DNA of 64,000 nt from Myxococcota bacterium (GTDB taxonomy: Bacteria > Myxococcota_A > Polyangia > Nannocystales > Nannocystaceae): NCBI GenBank assembly GCA_039028615.1, contig JBCCHT010000014.1, positions 64,001-128,000 of the forward strand. Direction: 5' to 3'. Shown here piece after piece: positions 18,836 to 28,500 of the stretch. Position 1 is the first letter of the stretch; each line of letters begins with the position of its first letter. The notes beneath the pieces are model-generated. The model was not told where the DNA came from and did no database searches. It was given only the letters and a program-made list of their open reading frames with translations. The position numbers were made by a program, and so were the translations under genes.

Positions 18836-19155
18836 GGGCCAACGTTTTGGACGAGGTGATCTGCCAAGAAGTGGCCAATGAAGAGCCTGGACTGGCCGAT
18901 TCGATGGTGGTCGGAGGAAGCGACGCTCGCCCACGCCGAAAGCAACGAACGAGGAACGAGATATCGGACGTTGGGAGTGAGGCGTTCGAGGCCATGGCTG
19001 CGAACAGGTAAAGGCGCTAGCCAACCCGAGTGCGGGCGACGGGAGCCAAGTCTTCGAGGCTAAAGGTAGTAGCGAAGCCCGAACGCCAACCCCCGAATGA
19101 GAAGTGCCCGGCGAGGAAGCTGGCATGCGACCAAATAATATGACGAAGACTCACG

Positions 19156-19452
19156 AACCTAGGGCGCGTCGCCGACCCGAAACCCGCCCCCTCCGGATCG
19201 GCCCAGCTACACCGAGCAATCTGGGAGCCGTCGTCGGGTTGAGTATTCCGGGCGCGCGCAGTTTTGGTAGCGACTCGCCCACACCCAATCGCGGTCCACC
19301 AAGCTCTTGCGCGTACGTACGCTGTAGCTAGGAGTGAAACCACTGTTTGAGCACGGCCGGAATACTCAATCCGGCGAACAGGCGCCCCCAGACCGGCACA
19401 CCAATAACTCCCCACAACTCGAAGCGGAGAACTCAGCTCTCCGCCGCGCCCC
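19156..19452 (-). repeat. Right arm of a ~297-bp inverted repeat
   Basis: Reverse complement of 18539-18835. Confidence 0.97.
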
Positions 19453-19494
19453 GAGACCTGCACACCACCGCCCCCAAACGCGCACTCAACCACG

Positions 19495-19526
19495 AAAAAG
19501 GGCGAGCCCCTGAAGGCCCGCCCTTT
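19495..19526 (-). terminator. Intrinsic terminator of the giant TPR gene
   Basis: Minus strand GGGCGGGCC-ttcagg-GGCTCGCCC followed by TTTTT, about 20 nt after the stop. Confidence 0.75.
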
Positions 19527-19544
19527 CCGCTCAATTCGAGCCCC

Positions 19545-22500
19545 CTACCCCAGCTGCTCGAGCTGAGCCGCGAGCTCGGGATGATCGGCATCCTCCTCGA
19601 GCCCCCGTCGCAGCATGGCGCGGGCCTTCGGCGTCTCGTCGAGCGAAAGGTGCGCCCGAGCGAGGTTGACGTAGATGTCACCCCGCCGAAGCAACCCGGA
19701 ACGATCGGCATTCTGCAGCAACATCGTCCGGTAGATCTTCAGCGCATCCTTCCAGTTCTCCTGCTGCTCATGCAGCCCACCCAGCGCCATCAACGTCTCC
19801 ACGTTCGTCGTGTCGATCCGATACGCCTCCATGAGCTGCTCGCGAGCCCCGTCGTTGTCCCCCTCGCTCAGCGCGATGCGAGCCATCCGGGTGAGGTAGT
19901 GCCCGAGGATCTTGGAGCGCTTGCCCGCCCGCACGACCTCGATGAGCCACGCGTACATGCCCTTGGCGTCCCCGTACAGCTCCGCCTGGAACAGCCCGTC
20001 CGCGATGCGGCGGTTGAGCTCGACGTCGTCCTGCACCTTCTCGTACATCTCGTGCAGCACGTGCAGCGCCGTGTCGGTGTCGCCGAGCTTGCCCATGAGC
20101 AGGTCGACGCGCTCGAGCTCGAGGGCTCGACGCGCCCCGTCGTCTTGCTCGGCCGCGGCCTGGCGCTGGAGTAGCTCGGCCACCTGGTCCCAGCGCTCCT
20201 CCGCCCGCGACAGCTTCATGAGCCCGTCGATGGCGGGGGTGCTGCCCGGGTCGAGCGCGAGGGCCCGCTCGAGGTGCTCTCGGCGACGAGCGTCGTCGTC
20301 CTCGCTGAGTGCGGCCAGCCGCAGCTGGAGCGCAGCCCCCTCTTCACCCTGGGGATCGAGGGCCGCGGCCTTCTCCAGGGTCTCGCGCATGCCATCGTCG
20401 TCGCCCCGGGCGTCGTAGACCGAGGCCAGGGACAGCAGCGCGGGCACATAGCCGGGGTCGACCTCGAGCAGCTGCTGGAGGATCGACTCGGCGCGCTCGC
20501 TGTCGTCGAGACGCTCGGCCAGCAACGCGGCGAGCCGCGAGGCGATCTGGCGGTAGCTCTCGGCGTCCCCGGCATCACGGGCCCGATCCATGCGGGACTG
20601 CAGCAGCTCGCTGAGGTCGACGAAGCGCTCCTCGGCGGTGAGCAGGCGATCGAGGCCCTCTTCGGCGCCCGAGTGACCGGGCTGCTCCATCAGCACGGCC
20701 TGCAGCCGCTCGATGGCCTCCCCCGGATCTTCGAGGCGCGTCTCGGCGACCTCGGCCAGGTCGAGCAGCACCGCCACCCGATCTTCACCCTCGGCCGCGT
20801 CGTAGCGCCGCTCGAGGGTGTCGCGCACGTCGTCCCAACGCTCGAGCCGACGCAGCAGCGCCTCGAGCTCGCGCAGGGCGGGCAGATCGTCCGGCTTGTC
20901 GTTGACCATGTCCTGGTAGGTCACGATGGCGTCGTCCGCCCGATCGAGCGCATCGACGAGCACGTTGGCGAGCCGGTAGCGAAGGTCACGGCGCTCGTCC
21001 GCGTCCTCGGCGATCATCACCCGCCGCGACAGCGCCTCGGCCAGCTTCTCGTTGTCGCCCGACGCACCGAGCAGGGACAGCAGCTTGTTCCAGCCGTCGG
21101 CATGGGCCTCGTCCTGGCCGATGACCTGCTCGAGGTCCTCGATGGCCAGCGCGGTCTCGACCAGCGAGACCTCGGCGACTTGGGCCGCTTCGTACCAAAG
21201 AGCGGCGGCCGCATCGGGGTTGGGCTGCACGTTGGCGTTCTGCGTCAGGGCGTCGTGGAGGATCTGCGCGTCGCCGTGGGCTCGCGCCGCCTCGACCCGC
21301 AGCTCGAGCGCCTCGGGCTGCTCGGCGTTGTCCTCGAGCACGCCGTCGAGCACGGTCAGCGCCCGCGCCCCGTCCCCGAGCTCACGCAGCAGCAGCGTGG
21401 CCGTCTGCAGCGCGAGCGGCCCGGTGGTGCGGCCCTCCTCTTGCCCGGCGGCAATGGCCGCGAGCATCAGCTCGACCGCCTGCGGCAGGGCGCCGTGCTC
21501 CTTGCCGAGCGCGATGACTCGCCCCAGCCCGGTCGCGGACTCGGGGTCCACGGCCAGCAGGGCTCCCCAGGTCTCGAGGGCTTGCTGCGGCGTCCCTCCG
21601 CCCGCGTCGAAGAGCCCACCGAGCTGCTCGAGCAACCCGAGCCGGTCGCCATCGTCGGCCTGCGCCAAGCGATGCTGAACGACGCGGGCCTGCCCGGCCA
21701 GGTCCTCGGTGCTCTGGTAGACGCCGTCGAGGGCGTCGAGCAGCGCATCGGGAGCCGGGCCCTCGGTCTGCGCCAGCACCGACTCGAGGCCAGTGATCGC
21801 CACCGCCCCCGCGCCCTGCTCGAACGCGTCCCGGTAGGACTCGAGCGCACCGGAGTGATCGCCCAACACCAGCTGGGCCTCACCGTGGCGCGCCATGAGT
21901 CCGGCTCGCTCTTGGTCGTCTTCACTGAGCCGAACGGCCTCGCGCAGCGCATGCTCGATGGCCTCGTTGTTCTGCACGATCCGACCCAGACGCTCGACCT
22001 CGGAGCAAATCTCCATGGTCGCCAGGCCCTCTTCGACCAGCGGCGTGAGCAGCCCGAGCGCACGCCCGGCGTCGCCTTGCACGTCCTCGGCGAGCTTGGC
22101 CGCGTTGGAGGCCAGCATGACTCGCGCTTCGGGATCGCGATCGGCCTGCGCCGCCCGACCGGCGAGGTCGTCGACGTGCTCGCCCGCCGTGCCCAGCTGC
22201 ACCGCGAGCTGCCCCGCCTGATCCAGCACGGGCGACAGCTCATTGGGCTCGACCACGTCGATGAGTGCCCGCTGGGACTCCAGCGAACCGGCGACGTCAC
22301 CGAGCTGCTCGAGGCGAACGCTCGCCAGGCGGCGCAGCGACTCCGCTTGATCGACCGGGTCGGAGGTCAGCGAAGCCCGGGCGGCCAGCACCTCGGCCAG
22401 CTCCGAGAAGCGACCCACCGCCTCGAGCGGCGTCATGACCAGGGTGCCCGCCGACTCGAAGTGGTCCTCGGTCTTGGCCAGCGCCACGAGGTCTTCGAGC

Positions 22501-25500
22501 GCGCCGCTCTGCCCTTGCACGATCTGCAGGACCTCTTCGTAGCGCTCGAGCGCACTGGGTACGTCGTCGAGCGGCCCGGCCAGGATTCGCGCCGCGCTGA
22601 GCACCAGCTCGGCCTTCGGGTCGGGGTCTTGGGCGAGCTCGGCCCGCTCCGCCAGCACGTCGGTGGCCTCGGCGTGGCGTTCCTCGGCCACCAGCGCGTC
22701 GGACAGCGCCGCCAGGGCCTCGCCGTCGCCTTCGGCCTCCATCAGCAGCTCGCGAAGCACGTCGATCTCGGACGCGCGATCCTGCCGGGAGTCCCGCTGC
22801 AGCCCCGCCAGGCGCATTCGCAGGTCGCGACGCTCCTGCTCGTCCTCGCTGGCGTCGACCTGACGCCGCAGGATCTCGATGAGTTCGTGGATGGCGTCGC
22901 GGTTGGCGTAGGCCTGGGCCAGACGCTGCAGCGCCTCGCGATCGTTGGGCTCGATGTCCAACAGGTCGCGCCACCCCTGCTCCGCGTCCTCGGCCCGGGC
23001 CAGCACGTCCTCGAGCAGCACCGCCAAGCGACGCAGAAGCTCCACGCGCTGCTCGTCCTCGTTGGCGACGCGGGCCCGGATCACCAGGACCTCGCGCAGC
23101 TCCTCGTGGAAGCCGAGCTGCTGCAGGCAGGTATCGAGCAGCTCGAGCGCGGGCTCGTGCTCGGAGGACAGCTCGAGGGCGCCGTGCAGGATCTCGACGG
23201 CGGAGCCGAGCTCGGTGGCGTCGTGCAGGATGCCCGCCGCCCGCACCAGCAGCGCGAGTCGACGGTCGATGTCGTTGCTCAGCGCGTCACCCTGCGCCGC
23301 GGACACGAGCGCGTCGGCCAGCGCGATGCCCAGCCCGAGCACCTCGGCCACTCGACCCACCTCGGCGTCGAGAGTGGCCAACGCTTCCTCGGGACCCGGC
23401 TCGCTGAGCGCACGGCACAGCGCCCGGAAGGCGGCCTCTTGGGTGTCCTGCGAGCGCAGCAACAGCGCCGCCATCTCGCGATACAGCTCGTGCCGCACCA
23501 CGGGATCATCGGCGTGGGACAGCTGCCACTCGTCGATCTCGACGATGCGTCGCACGTTGCCCTGCCGCTCGTAGATCGGCCGCAGGATGGACAGGATGCG
23601 GGGTCGCAGCCCGCGGCGCATCTCGGCGATGCGCTCGAGTCGAAGCACTGCCTCGGGGTCGTCGACCAGCTCGCCCAGCATCGCCTCGAGGGTGTCGACG
23701 GCAGCGTCGGGGTCGTCGATGAACTGGTCTTGGACGTCGGCGATCTGCGAGTGGATGCTGTTGCGGTTGACCGCGTCCTCGGTGCGATCGAGGCGGTCCC
23801 GCAGCAGTTCGATGAGTTCCGGCCAGCGCTGGGTCTCCTCGTAGATCTGCTCCAGTCGGTTGCGCGACAGGTCGTGCTCGGGCTGGATCTCGAGGATGCG
23901 CTGGTAGGCCCGGCCCGCCTCGTTGGCGTCGTCGAGCATCTCCTGCGACAGCGTGGCCAGCTTGCGCAGCAGGTCGATCTGCCGCGATTCCTGCATCGCG
24001 TTGTCGACCTCGCGCCAGTACGCGACGCCCAGCTCCTTCCACATCTCTGCCTGCGTCAGCGAGGACTCGAGCGCGGGGAAGATGGATTGGTCGTCGGGTC
24101 GCGCCTCGAGCAAGCGCTGCAGCAGCGGCACCGCGCGCTCGGGCTGGCGCAACGAGCCGGACCACAGCTCGGCCGCTTCGCGCACGATCTCGAGCATCTC
24201 TTCGCTGTCGTCCCCCGCCCCGTCCCCCGAGACGTACTCGGTCAGGGCATCGGCGTAGCGATCGACGCGGCTGAGCACGCCGGCCAGGCGCGCGAGCTGG
24301 TCGCGAACCCGACGCTCGTGGGGCTGCTCTTTGAACAAGCGGCCGTAGCTTTCGAAGGCCTTGTCGAGGTCCTCGAGCTGCTCCTCCTCGATCTGAGCGA
24401 TGCGCAGCAGAAGCCGCACGCGCTCGTGCTCGCCCTCGGCGTCCTCGAGGCGAATCTCCTGGATCTGGATCAACCGATTCCAGTCGGCCACCGCGGCGAA
24501 GACCGGCTCGAGCATCTCCGCGACGCGGGTGCGCATGGAGGTGTCTTCGAGGTAGCGACCGAGTTCCTCGGTGCCCACCGCGTGGTCGGGGTCGAGCCGC
24601 AGCGCGGTGCTCAGGTGACGGATGCCCTCCTCGGGATCGTCGAGCTTCTCGCCATACAGCCGCCCCAGACGAAGGTGGATGTCGACCGCCTCGCGCCCCT
24701 CCAGTCGGCCGAGCTTGCGGTTGAGGTGCCCCGCCAGCTCGCGGTAGCGCCCCGTCGCCTCGTAGAGCGGCTCGAGCACTTCTTGCACCTCGGGCTGCTC
24801 GAGCGCGCTGCTCGATAGGCGCTCGTAGAGCCGAATCGCATCCTCGGGTCGCTCGAGGCTCACCCGATAGATCTCGGCCGCCCGCATCAGCAGGTTGTCG
24901 CGGTCGTCGCCTTCGTCGCTACGATCGGCCTGGCTGACGAGCAGCTGGGCCAGCGAGTCGTAGTCGTCCTGGCGCAGGTAGATGCTCTCCAGCGACTCGG
25001 TCGCGGCCGGATCACCCGGGGCCAGATCCAAGACGCGCTCGTAGGCGGTCCGGGCCTCGGGCAGCTGCTCGAGTCGCTGCAGCGCCACCTCGCCCATCGC
25101 CCGCAGCACCCGCTGCTGGAGATCGGAGTCGAGGATGTGGTCGACCGTCTGTCCGTAGGCCTCGAGCAAGGCCTGAGCCCGGTCGTCGTCGGCCCCCAAG
25201 CGGGCGACCTTGTCGAGGATCTCGGCCAGCTCGGGCTGGTCGGCGGCCTCGGCCATCGCCTCGCACAGCACCCCGAACGCGCGCTCGGGGTCGCCGATGC
25301 GCTCCTCTTGGGTGGTCGCGACGCGCAGCAATGCCTGCAGACGACGGCGCCCCGAGGGCTGCTTGCGCGCCTGGAGTTCCTCGAGCTTGAGCAGCGCGGG
25401 CCAGTTCTCCTCGCCCTCGTAGATCGGCATCAAGATGCGGATCGCTCGCTCGTGGGTGTCGTCGTCCTCGAGGTAGCCATCGACGGCCTCGCGCGCCGCC

Positions 25501-28500
25501 TCGTCTCGAGGCGCCAGGTCGAGCACGCGCTTGAGCAGCTCGAGCGCATCGTGGCCGCGGCCGAGCGGACCGCCCACCACCTGGGCGGTGCGGGACAGCA
25601 GCTCGACGCGATGGCCATCGTTGTCGGCCAACGCGGTGAGACGCCGCAGGCCCTCTTCGACGTCGGGCCAGCGCTCGAGCCCCTGGTTGAGCTCGACCAA
25701 GCTGGACAGGGCGTAGGCCGTGTCTTCGCGCCCGACCTTGAGATCGAGCACCGACTGGAACGCCGCGATGGCCCGGTGGGCGTCTTCGAGGTGGTCCCGC
25801 TGGATCTCACCGATCTGCCGCCACGTGGGCGCGCGCAGCCGCGGATCGGGCGTGACCCCGATGCGATGCTCGAGCACCTCGCAAAGCCGCTCCCACTCTT
25901 GCTCCTCGAGGAACAAGCGCTCGAGGGTCTCGAGCGAGCGCGGGTTGTCGGCCTCCATGTCGAGCACTTCGCTGTGGGTCAACGCCGCCCCGACACGGTC
26001 GCCGAGCTCTTCTTGGATCTCGGCGATCTCGAGGCGAATGCGGACCTGCTCGTCGGGGGAGTCCACGAAGCGCAGCAGCGCGCGCTTGGCCTCGATGAGG
26101 GCCACGCCGTCGCCCGCCTCGAGATGCAGCCGACACAGGGCCTCGACCGCGCGATGGGCCAGGCCGGCATCGGGGGGATCGAGGTCCAGCAGGTCACCGT
26201 AGGCCTGCCGCGCCGCCTCTTGGTCCTGGATGTGCTCGTCGAGCAGCAGCGCGATGCGGTGGGTGAAGTCGATGCGCTGCGCCCGGTCGAGGTGCTCGGT
26301 GGCCAAGGCCTCGCGCCAGATGGTGACCAGATCGGCGGGGCGCTCGAGGGCCAAGCCGAGGCGCTCGACGTGCTCGCGGGTGTCCCGACGACGCACGTCC
26401 ATGCCGAAGGCCTCGCGCATCGAGGCCAGCGCGGTATCCGGGTCGCCGAGCTCTTGCTCGCGCAGCCGCGAAATCTCGATCAGGTGGGTGACCGCCTCGT
26501 CGACGGAGCCCACCTCCTCGGCGTGCGCCCGCCGAGCGTGCAGGATGCGAATGCGGCCCTCGTGATCGCCCAGACGCTGGTAGATGGGCTCCAGCAGCGC
26601 ACACGCGGGCAGCTGCACCTCGGCGATGTCGAGCAGCTCTTCGAGCAAGCGTCGCGCCTGCTCGTCGTCCGGGTCCTCGCCGAGCACCTGGCCCAGCAAG
26701 TCGACGGCACCGAAGGCATCGCCGAGGAACTGCATGCGCAGCGCGGCCCGACGCACCATCAGCTGGCGTCGCAGCGAGGTATCGGGGGTCAGCTCGGCCC
26801 ACCGCCCCAAGATTTCCTCGAGGTTCTCGCGATCGCCGGGCTCGTCACCCTCCCCGTACATCTCCGCCAACAGCTCGATGGTGGGCAGGTCGTCGGGGAT
26901 GAGGTCGAGCAGCTCTTCGGCGGTCGCGATGGCGGCCGACCGATCCTCGAGCACGTCGCGCGAGATCTGGGTCATGCGCGACAGCAGCTCTTTTTGCTCG
27001 CGCTGATTGAAAGTCACGTCGACCCGACGGCGATACAGCGACACCAGCTCGGAGCTGGCCTCGCGCCCGCGCAGCAGCGCCTCGAGAGCCTCGTAGGCGC
27101 CCTGGTGGGTCTCGTCTTGCTCGAGCACGAACGCGTAGGCCCGCTCGGCGTCCTCGGGGCGCGCCAGCGAGTCGCGAAGCATGCCCGCGTGCTCGAGCAG
27201 CAGGTCGCGGCGCAGGCCGGCTTGCTCGCGCGGCAGGGTCTGCCCCTCGGCCTCGGCCTTCTCCGCCTGCTCGGCCATGGTGCGCAAGGCCGACTCGTAG
27301 GCCTCGGACACGTCGGTCATGCGCTCGAGCTCACCGCCCAGGCGCTGGAGGGTCTGTCGCCCCTGCCACTGCCCCGGATCGGCCAGGAACAGCTCGACGC
27401 GGATCCGCAGGGAATCCGGGCGCCGATCGGACATGCGCTCGTAGATGGAGGCCAGCTGCTCGAGCAGCTGGGTGCGCGCCTCGGCGTCCTCTTCGGCGGC
27501 GATGATGACCTCCATCGCCTCCGCCTCGCGCACGCGGTCTTCGACGCGGCGGTAGTAGGGCAAAAGGCCCTTGCTCACGGGCAGGCTGACCGAGGGATCC
27601 GACTGCCGCAGGTCTTCGAGGGCCTGGACCGAGTCGCGGTGGTTGGACTCGATCTCCATGACCGCCAAGAACCCGTCCACGGCGGGCTGCGACTGCTGCA
27701 GGCGCACCGCCCGGATCTGGGCGAGTTCGAACATCAGGGGCACCCGAGCGGTGTCCGTCTCGGCCATGGCCAGCTGACGCTCGAGGATCTCGGCCAGCTC
27801 GGACCAGTGCCCGCGGTTGCGATAGATGCGAGCCAGGCTGTCGAGCGAGGCGACGTCGTCCTCGGCGTGCTCGAGGATCTTCCGATAGGTATCGGTCGCC
27901 CCGTCGAGGTCGCCCAGGTGCTGCTCCTGGATCGATGCCAACGCCCGCAAGGTGACCAGGCGGGCCTCGGGGTCTTCGGTGACGTCGAGACGACGGCGAT
28001 AGACCTCGCTCAGGTCGTCCCAGCGACGCGTGCCGGAGTAGATCTTCTCCAGCGCTTCCATGGCGGAGGCATTGGTCGGATCGAGATCGATGATGCGTCG
28101 GAAGTACCGCTGCGCGTCGTCGGGCTTGTAGAGCTTGTCGCGGGCGATGACCGCCAGCTTGCCGAGCAGCGTGAGCCGCTCCTGTTCGCCCACGCCCTCG
28201 TCGGCGATGCGCTCCTCGAAGATGGACACCAGCTCGTCCCAGCCGTCGGCCTTCTCGGCCGCGGTCTCGAGGGCGCCGCGCAGTGCCTCGTCTTGCGCGC
28301 GAATGCGGTACGCCTCGGCCGCCCAGTGCAGCGCCAGCGTGGGCGACCCGAGGTTCTCCTCGGCCACCGTCTGCATCGCGGAGATGAGCTCGAGCCGCTC
28401 TTCGTCGCTGTCGGCCGCCTTGAGCAACACCTGGTAGGTGTTCATCAGCCGCGCCCAGTTCTTCTGCTCGCGGTAGATGGGCAGCAGCTCGCGGGCGACG

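Noticed and set aside
18836..19155. Spacer considered as RNase P RNA, tmRNA or a group II intron
   Set aside because: Could not find GAGGAAAGTCC, tRNA-like ends or a domain V motif by eye
18623..19369. Repeated 13-mer considered as a CRISPR array
   Set aside because: Alternating orientation, irregular long spacing, too short, no cas genes
18574..19493. Short ORFs in the inverted-repeat region, including two sharing RRIEYSGRAQTVVSLLATAY
   Set aside because: Similarity follows from the DNA repeat; frames are broken differently by indels and stops; no host codon bias
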